Assembly: GCA_963825865.1 (NCBI GenBank)
Contig: CAWGVG010000022.1
Location: forward strand, 1-64,000
Direction of reading: 5' to 3'
Source of the DNA: an uncultured Nitrososphaeraceae archaeon
GTDB taxonomy: Archaea > Thermoproteota > Nitrososphaeria > Nitrososphaerales > Nitrososphaeraceae
Length of the DNA stretch: 64,000 nucleotides
Shown here: in pieces, positions 34,577 through 45,858 of the stretch
Layout: the number at the start of each line of letters is the position of its first letter
How positions within the stretch are numbered: position 1 is the first letter of the stretch
The notes under the pieces: model-generated
What the model saw: only the letters and a program-made list of their open reading frames with translations
What the model was told of the DNA's origin: nothing
Database searches by the model: none
Program-made: the position numbers and the translations under genes

Positions 34577-34780
34577 ATGTCAGAAAAGACGCGGGCTTAT
34601 ATAATAACTAACATAGGCGCATTGGTAGCCATGATTGTTGTAGTAATCAATATGTTTACTTTTAGAGAAATGTGGATATTATTTACTACAGTAGCAGTTA
34701 TGATTGTCTTAGTGGCATATGCAGTACAAGAGAAACGTAAACTTAAAAGGAAACAAACACAAAACCTAGGGTCGCCATAG
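34577..34780 (+). CDS. Small 2-TM membrane protein
   Basis: Two hydrophobic helices, basic tail; starts 3 bp after the creatininase stop. Confidence 0.65.
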   Translation: MSEKTRAYIITNIGALVAMIVVVINMFTFREMWILFTTVAVMIVLVAYAVQEKRKLKRKQTQNLGSP

Positions 34781-35122
34781 CGATAGAATTAAAATCAAGG
34801 CCCTAGCAAAATTGTTGTTGCTGCTAAGATCAAATGAGAAAGCGATATTTGATTAAAAACGGAATGGAGATAATGAAAGAAGTGAGAACAGCAAGATAAA
34901 TTCTAGGAATCACTAACAGATTAAAAATAAAAATTATTTATCATTTTTTCATTTTCATTTAATTTTTAACACAATTTTTTTATGTAAACAATCTCTTTCT
35001 AACATATCATAAAAAATAAAAATTTACATATATCATTATTAATTAGTTTTAGAATTTATATTAATTTACTCAAATTTTATGACATTTATTTATATCTAAG
35101 TTTAGTATGTTGAAATTATACT

Positions 35123-36712
35123 ATGGTCGAAGTAAAAGAAGAATATGCTGAGAAACCTGTTCCACAAAATGCAAGGTTGGGATTTTTAAAACCCGCTATG
35201 GTATGGGCAGGCTTTGCTCACGCATACATTTGCATCTTTATTGGAAGTCAAATAATGGGTGGTTTAGGTGCACCGATAGGATATGCCGCTATTATATCTG
35301 GACAAATATTTTTGTTCGTATATTCCGGCTTAATCGCACACAGAGGTGCTAAATTAGGATTAAATTTCTCAATGATGTGTAAAGCAGCGTTTGGAAAATA
35401 CGGATATATCGTTCCTGTGCTTTTGATATCAGGATTGGTTGCTGGCTGGTTCATCTTCCAAGGATGGTTGGCTGGAGATCTGACCGTGGGTCTTTATGGC
35501 GGCAAGTCTTTTAACGCAGGAGTAGGAAATGGCGTTCTTCCAGGCATTTTAGGTACTACAAGTTTTTGGGCTGGCATATGGTGCGTAGCATTCGGATTTT
35601 TAGCAGTCTCCGGTATGAGGGCCATGGCGTGGTTTGGTAAATTTGCCGTCTTCACGGTAGCGGCTTTAGAAGTATGGATGATATATTCAATATTGACAGT
35701 CGTCGCCTCACACACAGGGGGAAATCCGTTAGTTTCACCAATAGTAGGTAAACCTTGGACATTTGCACTTGGTTTTACGGCATCAGTTGGAACATTTATC
35801 GTTAGCAGTACTATGACAGGTGACTTTGTCAGGTGGACAAAAAATGCAAAGCAAGCATGGGCAGTGACAGGAATTGCTTTTCCAGTCTGCAATTTGGTAA
35901 CGTTAATGATAGGTGCAATCTATACAGCAGTAGCAGGAAAACTTGACTTTTTCTTTGGGTTAAGTGCAGTAGCTCTTGGATTACCAATCATGATTATGCA
36001 GTTGGCAAGCAATGGTTCAGTTTGCGATGGATGTTTGTACAATGCTGGTCAAGGATTCAAGAACATAACATATTACATCTCAAAGGGAAGAATCAATTAC
36101 TCATGGAAGAAGGTAACAATGATTGTGATGTTTGCAGGCGCTGCTATTGCTGTATCAAACTTGATTACCAATATAGTTCCATGGTTACTAACTATAGGAA
36201 CCCTAGTGCCCCTAGTAGGTGGGGTTTTGATAGGTCATTTTTGGATTGTTGCACGAAAGAACACTCTAGACGAACATCTCGTTGCGGCTGATAGAAAAGT
36301 AAATACTCCAGCACTAATTGGCTTGGGAGTTGGACTAGTAATAGCAGTAGTAATTCAATTCACTGCTCCAGACCTGCCAGCTGTTATTGGTGGATTGATA
36401 GGAGGTATTGGAGTATATCCAATTGTCGCAAAAACTACTGGCTACTTCATGAATGGAAGGCTTACTGCAAAAGGACTTGGAGGCAGCATTAGTTATGGGA
36501 CTGCTGGAGCCATGGATAATACAGATACACCAACTTCGCCAGATGCCGGAGCACCTAGTGCACAGACAAAGGACACCTATAATAAAAACACCAGTAGTAG
36601 TGGAAATAGCTTAGGGAGTGGGGGTACTGATCAGATAAGCGCAAAAATAGACAAACTGGTCGGGTTTTTGGCACCATGGTTCGGTTCATCATCGCGTACA
36701 GGAGGATCATAA
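35123..36712 (+). CDS. NCS1-family (cytosine/purine/allantoin, CodB-like) permease
   Basis: EEYAEKPVP...R, about 12 TM helices, GAKLGLNFSMMCKAAFGKYG, GWF, GDFVRW, LYNA. Confidence 0.88.
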   Translation: MVEVKEEYAEKPVPQNARLGFLKPAMVWAGFAHAYICIFIGSQIMGGLGAPIGYAAIISGQIFLFVYSGLIAHRGAKLGLNFSMMCKAAFGKYGYIVPVLLISGLVAGWFIFQGWLAGDLTVGLYGGKSFNAGVGNGVLPGILGTTSFWAGIWCVAFGFLAVSGMRAMAWFGKFAVFTVAALEVWMIYSILTVVASHTGGNPLVSPIVGKPWTFALGFTASVGTFIVSSTMTGDFVRWTKNAKQAWAVTGIAFPVCNLVTLMIGAIYTAVAGKLDFFFGLSAVALGLPIMIMQLASNGSVCDGCLYNAGQGFKNITYYISKGRINYSWKKVTMIVMFAGAAIAVSNLITNIVPWLLTIGTLVPLVGGVLIGHFWIVARKNTLDEHLVAADRKVNTPALIGLGVGLVIAVVIQFTAPDLPAVIGGLIGGIGVYPIVAKTTGYFMNGRLTAKGLGGSISYGTAGAMDNTDTPTSPDAGAPSAQTKDTYNKNTSSSGNSLGSGGTDQISAKIDKLVGFLAPWFGSSSRTGGS

Positions 36713-36716
36713 AGAA

Positions 36717-37606
36717 ATGAATCGCAAAAAAAATCTTCCACAGTCCGCAATACCAAATAAAGACTTTGTTTCGGCAGCAAGGGACGAAGTACTCGATAGA
36801 GTTGAAAAAGACTATGAAGAATTCAAAAAAACACACACTTTCGAGTTTCCAACTTGGCTACATGGTCCTCCAAAAGGTAAACTGTTCAAAGTAGAAGTAG
36901 AAGATTGTCCACGCTTTGGTGATAAGGCTTTTGTTGAATTTGACTCAGCTAGGACAGCATTTTTGAGCATTGATATGCAAGTGGATTTTTGCGGTCCAAA
37001 AGGATATGTTGACGTTATGGGATATGATCTTGGATTAACTTCAGCTCCTATAAAGCCAATCATGCATGTTTTAGACACAATAAGAAATGAAACTGACATT
37101 AAAGTAATACACACTAGGGAAGGACACTTGCCAGATCTTTCGGATGCACCATACAACAAAGTCCTTCGAAGCAAAATCATTGGAGACGGTGTAGGAATTG
37201 GCAATATTCCGACAAGGCGGACTAGGACGATTGCTAGTAAGAGGAGAAAAGAATTGGGACATAATTGATGAATCTGTATCCAATTCCTGGAGAATACGTA
37301 GTAGATAAAGCAGGAAAGGGAGGATTTGGCCAGAGCAATTTACCATTGATTTTGAAGAATCTGGGAATAACTCACCTAGTTATTACTGGAATTACTACCG
37401 ATGTGTGTGTACATACTATAATGAGAGAAGCAAATGATCATGGCTATTGGTGTACTCTACTAAAAGACGGTACTGGCGCCACAGATTATGGCAACTACCA
37501 AGCTGCAATAAAGCAAATCAAAATGCAAGGAGGAGTATTTGGTTGGGTATCTGACTCGAATAAGTTCGTTAATGCAGTCAAATCTGCTTTTAAAGGTGCC
37601 GACTAA
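36717..37606 (+). CDS. biuH: Biuret hydrolase (isochorismatase-like cysteine hydrolase), one frameshift
   Basis: IDMQVDFCGPKGYVDVMGYDL, HTREGH.PDL, DKAGKG, GITTDVCVHTIMREANDHGY, GATDYGN, KMQGGVFG: Asp-Lys-Cys triad plus BiuH signature residues. Confidence 0.85.
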
Positions 37607-39029
37607 TGAGTAGCCTAATTACACTAACAAGCATCAAGACAATGTCTGATAGAATAAGGCACGGAGATTTGTCTCCATCGGAGCTAGTTGAAGCCTGCTT
37701 AGAAAGAATCAAGAAATTTGACTCATCTCTAGATTCTTTCATTACTATTCTTGAAGAACGTGCGCGTCAAGATGCAAAAATAGCTGAAAAACAAATCAAG
37801 GAAGGACTCTGTATTGGTCCTTTGCATGGTATTCCATTTTCAATTAAGGATGTCATCTATGCAGAAGGAGTTAAATGTACTGCAGGTTCAAAAATAATGT
37901 CTGATTACGTTTCAAAAATTAACGCAACCTCTGTTGCAAAAATGAAAAAGGCAGGTGCAATTCTAATTGGCACTAATAATACCCATGAATTTGCTTGTGG
38001 GATAACTAACGTAAATCCGCACTATGGTTCTTCTAAAAATCCCTGGAACATATCAAAAATATCTGGAGGTTCAAGTGGAGGTTCAGCTGTTTCAGTAGCA
38101 GCAGGCATGGTACCTGTATCCTTGGCTACTGACACAAGCGGTTCTATTAGAGTTCCATCTTCACTTTGTGGTGTTGTCGGTCTAAAGCCAACATATGGTA
38201 GAGTCAGCAAATATGGGATTGTTGATTTGGCACCTTCGCTAGATTCATGTTGGGTGTATAACAAGAAGTGCATGGGATGCAGCTGCAGTATTGCATATTA
38301 TTGCTGGTCAGGATCCCCTTGATCCAACTACTGAAGATAAAAAAGTACCTGATTACGTTAAAGTTATCGAAGATGAATCTACCCCCATGAAGAAAATATC
38401 TGTTGGAATACCCAAAGAGGTACTTTTTCGATTATTTGTGGCTAGAAGTAGAAGAGGTGTTCCTTGATTTCGTTGATACTATAAGATCCATGGACATTTC
38501 TGTTTCTGATGTACACATTAGTGGAGCCGACAAAATCTATGAATCGTGGAGACCACTAAGACTTGGGGAATCAGCAGAGATTCACTTGAAATGGTTGCAG
38601 ACAAGATCAAAAGACTATGGTGAAGATGTACGAAGAATGTTGATACAAGGAACTGAAGTATCTGCAGTTGATTACATACGAGCTCACAAATATAGAAAGG
38701 AACTAAGAAATGAATTTGTGAAAGTATTAAAGAAGGTTGATGTGCTTATTATGCCAACTATTCCTCTCACTGCTCCGGGGTTTGACGAGCAAACAGTGGC
38801 TATTGGTAGCAGAACATTACAAATCTATCAAGCCTTAAGTAGAAATACTATTGCATTTGATAATACGGGACTACCTGCGGTTAACATTCCAGTTGGATTT
38901 GGGAAGGACAATATGCCAGTTGGAGCACAAATAATAGGGCCGCCATTTGAAGAAGAAAATATTCTGTCTCTAGCATATGCATACGAACATGCAAATGACA
39001 GTCTTATGAAATTCATGCCACCACTTTAA
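37606..39029 (+). CDS. Amidase-signature family enzyme (GatA/AtzE/allophanate-hydrolase-like), frameshifted
   Basis: GPLHGIPFSIKD, GGSSGGSA, DTSGSIRVPSSLCGVVGLKPTYGRVS, GLPAVNIP; start overlaps the biuH stop (TAATG). Confidence 0.9.
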
Positions 39030-39326
39030 CCTAAAGCATTTCAACTCAAATAAGAAATATCATTATTTTCGATCTGGCTTTAGGTAGAATATAAACTAGC
39101 TGGATAGGAAGCATCTTTTCTTTCCATTATTTTTGGTTCCACTTTTAATTTTATATGATAATATACTACAAATCCCGTAAATTACTGCTGTTTTAAACGA
39201 TTCATATAATTTTATTAATAACTTAAAGTTTCTCTACTTTTCATAGATAATAATAACAAATATTGTTATTATAGATTCGTTTATATGTATTCTAGGAGAT
39301 ATGCGTCATGTTAGAGATATTTCCAG

Positions 39327-40206
39327 TTGAAGATAGCCCGAATTCTGCAATATGGACAAGAGACTTTTGCGATTGTCAATGAAAATGGAAAGGCGATCAC
39401 GAGGAACGAAATAATCGATGAGACAGACTTGAATTTACCGTCTGATATAGAAGAGTTTATTTTCTCAGAATATGTCCACCAGGTAAAGGATCTTCATTTA
39501 AGCAGACAGTCCTTTATCCATGAGGTAAATGAGTTCCGTCTTCTACCACCTATAAGGAAATCTTTCAAAATAATATGTTTAGCATTCAACTACACTGATC
39601 AAGGAACATGGGTGCGATTCGGTAAGGATCCTCCTAAAGAACCTGTCATTTATTTAAAACCGAGGACGACTCTAATCGGTCCAACAGATGATATAATATG
39701 CCAAAATTTTGTACAGGAACTGGATTATGAGGGGGAGTTGGCACTTGCAATAGGTAAAAAATGTAGTAAAGTAGATGAAGATGATGCCCTCAACTATGTT
39801 GCCGGGTATTTTGTATTAAATGATGTTTCTGCTCGTGATGTGCAATTCATTGACAAGCAATATAGTAGAGCAAAGGGCTTTGATACATTTGGGCCATGTG
39901 GACCATGGCTAACAACTACTGATGAGATCTCTGATCCTTGTAATCTTCATATAACAACGAAGGTGAATGGTGAAACTAGACAAGATTCATCCACAAAGAA
40001 TCTTGTCTTAAAGATAGAAAAAATCATATGGAGCTTAAGCAAGATAATGACACTTGAGTCTGGTGATATAATATCGACCTGGCACACCAAGTGGCACTGC
40101 ACTATCTATGTCATCAAATACAAAATATCTAAAACATAATGATATAGTAGAAGTTGAAATAGAAAAACTTGGAAAAATCACAAACAGAGTCGTATTTGTG
40201 AATTAG
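39327..40206 (+). CDS. Fumarylacetoacetate hydrolase (FAH) family protein, C-terminal frameshift
   Basis: KIICLAFNY, LDYEGELA, NDVSARDVQ, AKGFDTFGPCGP, TLESGDIIS(TGTP). Confidence 0.9.
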
Positions 40207-40246
40207 AATACTTATTTTATTATTTTACATCGTCTAACCTGTGTTT

Positions 40247-40375
40247 ACTCTACAAATAGTGTTGTAACTGCAAGAGAATTAAAATCCGTTGATGAAATAA
40301 TGGATGATCAAAAAGAACCATGAGATAGCAATTACAAAGACAAATATTCTCATAAATAGTCCTGCAGTTCGATAG
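40247..40375 (+). pseudogene. 3' fragment paralogous to the secreted protein at 32111-32746
   Basis: ARELKSVDEIM...IAITKTNILINSPAVR versus ARELKSVNEIM...LTIAKTNIVINSPAVR. Confidence 0.7.
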
Positions 40376-40493
40376 GAAAACAGCTCTTACTTTTTTTATT
40401 GAATTTAATGTTTTTAATATTGTGCATTTATTTTTTACAAAATCATTTAATGGTATTGTACACCAAATCTTGTCTAACTAAAAATAGTGACAT

Positions 40494-41622
40494 CTACATT
40501 CTGATAGTTAGCGCATTATGTATAATTTGGAAGGTTGCTGGCAAGATTCCAATAGGCTCACCGTCGATCGTAACAGTTACGTCCCTTCTTTTTTTCTCTT
40601 CTTCTTTTGGCTTTATTAAAACCTTCTTAGCTTGTATATATAACACATCATCCTCCTTATCATAGGTACCTTTTTTTATGTTAATGAAGTCACTCATCAT
40701 CTCTAGACTATTGGAATCCTTCAGAATAACTATATCCAATAATCCATCAGAGACATCAGCGTTTGGTGCTGCTTTAAATCCACCACCTAGGAATTTACCA
40801 TTGGCAATTATACACATTGTTACCTTAGTAAGAATAATCTCTCTTCCATCATCGATTGAAATTTCACATATACTGCTCTCATAAGTGGATACTGTAGTAA
40901 TCAAACTTGAAACAGTAGAGACTAGTCGACTGTTAATCTTATTTCTTATTTTCTTTGATTTATCAATTATCTCTGCTGCTATGCCTATTTCAGCAGCATT
41001 GAGAAATATTCGTATTGGTAACGATAAGCGAGTTTCTGGATCGGTTGCTGCTGACGGAGATTACATCAATCTTCTTTTGTTTACCACACACAAATGTTTG
41101 ACAACATTCCTCAATTCCATCAGGCATATTTAAGGACTTGACAAGCACATTTCTTGTTCCTCTTGGTAACACTCCCATTATGGCATCAAGTGTTAATAGG
41201 TTTTATCATCATTGAATCAACGACAGCATGTGCATCAGCATTGTTGTTATTGTTGTTATTTTTATTTTCTATGTTTCCGACATATGATGATCTGAATAGG
41301 TATCTTTTCAACACAAAAGAAGCCATTTGCAACTTCATTTATCGTTCCATCTTCCTCCTATTGCTACAATTTTTTTGAATCCTTCCTTTAAGAATTTTCT
41401 TGTCAGGATTCTTCCATCTCCAGATTTTTTGGTAAACGCTACTTTAGGATTTTTACCAAATGTTTTTTTTATTTTATTAAAGAGATTTTCCCAGTCCTTA
41501 CCAGTCGAACCACTCGAGGATTTTGGATTTACTATCAATACGGTATCAGTAGTATCTTTTATATCAGCGGTTATGCCAGCCAAAGAATCCGTGCTTTGGT
41601 GAATGGAAGTGTGTGCTTTCAT
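40494..41622 (-). CDS. Diacylglycerol/lipid kinase family (YegS/DAGK), frameshifted
   Basis: LIVNPKSSSG, VAIGG(DGT)INEV, LPRGTRNVL, IANGKFLGGG, DGLLDIV, IDGE. Confidence 0.88.
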
Positions 41623-41924
41623 TTTTATTATCAAACGAGATATGTAATAATAACACTTACGTCACATTAACTATCTTTTATTATATTATTTTATAGTTTA
41701 TTGTTATATATATAGTGCATGTTGCCAATAAATGAAGTCAAAGGTAGGCAGCATTAGTGAAGAATTTAGAAACTATACTGGAATACATGAACATGACTTT
41801 AGAAAATAACAAAACAACAATACCAGAGCAAGAGAAATGTGCTACATATCGGATAGTATAGTATTATAGAATCTAATGATATTTTTATTCCTATTGGTTC
41901 TATATTCCTTATTAAACATTGTAA

Positions 41925-42290
41925 CTCATCATGACTACCTCTACCTTGATTCCAAATGGTTTCAGTTCATATGACATTGATTCGCTTAGACCACATGCAA
42001 ATTTGCTAATTATGTATGAATACAAAACAGGAAAACCTATGCGGCCTCCTACTATTGTACCTGATTTCCTCTTCCTCATGACAGGAAAAACTTGCGGTGT
42101 TACACGTATTACTCCAAAAAAGTTATCTCTTGTATTGATATATCCTCAAGAGATAAAAAACAAAAGTCCATATCCTGCGTTGTTTACCAATACATCGATC
42201 CTCTCTTTTTCTGCTATTATTTTGCCGATTGCATAGGATACGATGATGACCGATCAACCTATACAATGTCAATTCAATGTCACCGAGATA
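41925..42290 (-). pseudogene. Short-chain dehydrogenase/reductase remnant
   Basis: IDVLVNNAGYGL, NFFGVIRVT, SESMSYELEPFGIKV across broken frames. Confidence 0.7.
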
Positions 42291-42682
42291 GCAGATCAGG
42301 CACAGTATGATGACATTAACCTACCGTGATTAGAGTTAAAGCAACCGGTGTAATTATTATTAGAGAGGACTGGTGTAGCATTATAATGCAAGTCTGCAAT
42401 CGTCTCCGCTGTTCATGGCAAATGGGAAGTCAAAGAAGTAACCGACCCCACATCCATCTACTAGTTCTTAGACTTCACTTGAAGGTGCTAATAGCTTCTT
42501 TTTCAAAAAATGAGTGTGGTAATACTATCTATCCGATCAATATCAAAGCATTATAAAAGGTTAAATTATGAAGAATATACATATGATAAATCATATCCAT
42601 ATAGTATTTCTAAACTGCACTTATGATAAATCATATAATGTGCTGACATAAGTAAAAGAATAACTTCTGGTAACTTTGACAT

Positions 42683-42787
42683 ATGTGGAAAGAAAAAATT
42701 AGATCAAACATCCATATAATAGGTATGGTCGTGGGATTAGCTCTGGTTAGCAGTCTATTTGTAATTCCGCTGCATGAACACTGGTAG
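42683..42787 (+). CDS. 34-aa single-TM micropeptide, copy B (MWKEKIRSNIHIIGMVVGLALVSSLFVIPLHEHW)
   Basis: Paralog of 17810-17914; same length, start and stop conserved. Confidence 0.75.
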   Translation: MWKEKIRSNIHIIGMVVGLALVSSLFVIPLHEHW

Positions 42788-42982
42788 ATTGTTCAGGACA
42801 CTACTTTTTTCACAAAATTGAAGATCATATTTCATGATATTTTGATAATATGAAATCGACAATAATAAATCAATCAACAAAAGGATGTGAGTTCTCATGT
42901 TTTCAGACTGTTGAATACTAATACTACAACAGCAACAATCTAATTTCTGTGGCCGCTCAAGAACAATTACTAAAGACAAAGT

Positions 42983-43626
42983 ATGAGTCCATTAGAATTT
43001 GCCAGGTGAGGTTATTCTAGTCTCGGCATCCGGTGTACTATCGCCTGGACCATTATTTTTTATCAACATCATCTATGGGAGCAAACAAGGGATTACTGAC
43101 AGGAATTAAAATTGCATTCGGACATACAATGGTAGAATTCCCATTAGTCATAGCATTAGCTTTGGGTTTATTTACATTTTCATACGTTTTTCTAAATAAT
43201 GAAAATCTAAAAATAATTAGCATCATTGGAGGTATTGCAATAATTGTCTTTGCCTTTACCCAAATAATTAGTATCACAAAAGTTAAGGATGATAAGCAAA
43301 ATGCATATGTCGGAATTAGCAACAAAAAAGGACCAATTTTATTAGGAGTTATATTTAGCGCTTTAAATCCCTTTTTTCTAATATGGTGGCTCACAATAGG
43401 CTTAAAGCTGATTTCCGATTCAATTCATTTCTTCGGTTTTGTCATTGGAATTCTTTTTTTGTTTTCGTTTCACATATGGATGGACTATGCTTGGTTAGTA
43501 ATAACATCGTATCTGATATATAGAGGCGTCTCGGTATTAAAAACTAAATTCTATTCTGCATTACTTATTTCAACAAGTACCATTCTTGCTTTCTATGGAG
43601 TCTATATCATTCTAAAGATATTTTGA
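42983..43626 (+). CDS. LysE-family transporter, 5' frameshifts
   Basis: SASGVLSPGPLF, GHTMVEFP, SALNPFFLIWWLTIG, HIWMDYAW. Confidence 0.85.
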
Positions 43627-44190
43627 TGGCCGTCTGCAAAAGAAGACAACAGGGCAGGCGTTCTATCAGCAAAAATATGAGTTCTTGGGCTGCAATGTCA
43701 TGTCACTCAATAGTATTCTCTTCTTTGGCAAATATACTATCAATCATTTCTAGAAAGTTGTAAGGATAGTTTCCATTGTCTCTGCCTCGCATCCTCACAT
43801 CGCCGCTGATAAAGTCAGGGTTTTTCTTTGTGACGTACAGTATACCAGTTGCACGTTTTACTAGTATAATTATGGGATAATATCCACTGTTATCCCTAGA
43901 ATAAGCACAAGCTAGAAGATATCAAGACAAAAGGGGAGTGCTGCTTTAATCACATAATTTGCTCGCCAACAAAGGAGCGATTGGAAAAACCAATTTTCGA
44001 CTACCATGAATTGTTGTATGAGGCTTTGCTTTCACCAGACTTTTGCAATCCTCTGAATCATAGTCAAGGATAAACACCTGTGGATAAAGAAGACGACAGG
44101 ATTAGGAGTTTCCGAATTCTTTCTCAGGTTTATGGCATGGCTCTGTTTGAGAAACTATAATTATTGCAAGAAAGGAATATGAATTAAATC

Positions 44191-45858
44191 ATGAAGGCAT
44201 CAGACCTCTTTGTAAAATGCTTAGAATCTGAAGGTGTTGAATTTATTTTCGGCTTACCAGGAGAAGAAACTAATGATTTTATGATCTCTATGTTGGATTC
44301 GAAGATCAGATTCATTTTAGTAAGGCATGAACAAGGAGCTGCTTTTATGGCCGATATCTACGGCAGGCTAACTCAAAAGGTTGGAGTATGTCTTGCTACC
44401 TTGGGACCAGGTGCGACAAACCTTACTACTGGAGTTGCAAATGCAAATATGGACAGATCTCCATTATTAGCAATTACTGGACAAACAAATTCAGATCTTT
44501 TACATAAAGAATCTCATCAGAACATGGATGCTGTAACCATGTTCAAATCCATAACAAAATGGAGATGGTCCATTCGTAGTGCTGACAGCATTCCAGAGAT
44601 TGTTAGAAGAGCGTTCAAAATTTCCTTGGAAGAAAAAGGAGGAGCAGTACATCTTGAATTGCCACAAGATATAGCTAAAAAGAAATCTGATATCAAGCCA
44701 ATAAGAACACAAGAGTTCTTTAGAGCTATACCCAATAAACATTTGATCAAGGATACAGTAAAAATGATTTTGAATGCAAAAACGCCTTTAATATTAGTCG
44801 GCAATGGCTGTATAAGAGGAAATGCCAGTTTACTCTTGAGGAAGTTCGTGGAAAGAACAGGAATATGTTCAATGAATACATTCATGGCAAAGGGAATTAT
44901 ATCAGATAAATCAGAAAGGCATTTGCAAACAATTGGAATCAAAGAAGCAGATCATGCTTTGATTGCAATGAAGGAAGCTGATTTAGTTATTGCAGTAGGA
45001 TATGATCTTGTAGAATATAGTCCTAAGAACTGGAATGGGGATTTGAAGAAAAAAATTATTCACATTGATTTTACGTCTGCTGAAGTTGATACGTACTATA
45101 CTCCAACAATTGAAATTGCTGCAGATATTGGACATACCATAGATGCTATTCTGGATGAACTAGACAAACAGAAAAGTGAAAATCCTCATATGCAGGGATT
45201 TCCACATAACGAAATCCCAGAACTGTTTAAGAAAATTAAAAAGGAGGTAGTTTGGAGAAGTGTTGAAAAATTCAAAGATGACTTTTCATATCCAATAAAG
45301 CCTGAAAAATTAGTGCTTGATGTAAGAAATACACTTGACGAAAGTGACATTGTCATATCAGATGTGGGAGCTCATAAATTGTGGATAGCAAAGGTATACA
45401 ATACATACACTCCAAATACATGCATAATTCCTAATGGTTTTTGCTCAATGGGATTTGCACTTCCAGGTGCTATTGCAGCTCAGCTTGTAAAACCCAGGCA
45501 GAAAGTTGTTGCAATGTGTGGGGATGGTGGATTTTTGATGAATATTCAGGAATTGGAAACTGCGGTTCGGTTGCAATTACCAATTATAATCATTGTATGG
45601 TGTGATTCTGATTTTGGCATGATCTCTTTAAAACAAATAGATGAATTTGGAAAAAGTGCATTCACTAAATTTAATAACCCGGATTTTGTTAAACTTGCAG
45701 AAAGTTTTGGAGCATTCGGTTACAATGTTAAGTCTACTAAAGACTTTCCAAAAATATTGCAAAAAGCAAAGGATTCGAAAGATCTTCCAGTCATAATATC
45801 AATTGGTGTGGATTATTCTAGAAACCGCATTTTGGTAGATAATACCTTTAAAGTCTAG
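44191..45858 (+). CDS. Acetolactate synthase large subunit (ThDP enzyme)
   Basis: FGLPGEE, RHEQGAAFMA, TLGPGATN, SMGFALPGAIAA, GDGGFLMN; intact 555 aa. Confidence 0.92.
   Translation: MKASDLFVKCLESEGVEFIFGLPGEETNDFMISMLDSKIRFILVRHEQGAAFMADIYGRLTQKVGVCLATLGPGATNLTTGVANANMDRSPLLAITGQTNSDLLHKESHQNMDAVTMFKSITKWRWSIRSADSIPEIVRRAFKISLEEKGGAVHLELPQDIAKKKSDIKPIRTQEFFRAIPNKHLIKDTVKMILNAKTPLILVGNGCIRGNASLLLRKFVERTGICSMNTFMAKGIISDKSERHLQTIGIKEADHALIAMKEADLVIAVGYDLVEYSPKNWNGDLKKKIIHIDFTSAEVDTYYTPTIEIAADIGHTIDAILDELDKQKSENPHMQGFPHNEIPELFKKIKKEVVWRSVEKFKDDFSYPIKPEKLVLDVRNTLDESDIVISDVGAHKLWIAKVYNTYTPNTCIIPNGFCSMGFALPGAIAAQLVKPRQKVVAMCGDGGFLMNIQELETAVRLQLPIIIIVWCDSDFGMISLKQIDEFGKSAFTKFNNPDFVKLAESFGAFGYNVKSTKDFPKILQKAKDSKDLPVIISIGVDYSRNRILVDNTFKV

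Noticed and set aside
34981-35030. TATGTAAA...TTTACATA inverted repeat upstream of the permease as an operator
   Set aside because: 8-bp arms in extremely AT-rich DNA with a long spacer; not distinguishable from chance without comparative data
37606-39029. Calling the amidase gatA
   Set aside because: No gatB or gatC nearby and it is coupled to biuH; a catabolic amidase is more likely
44500-44942. Antisense ORFs inside long genes (also within the permease, AKR, SUF and proteasome genes)
   Set aside because: Shadow ORFs opposite well-supported genes, with no motifs
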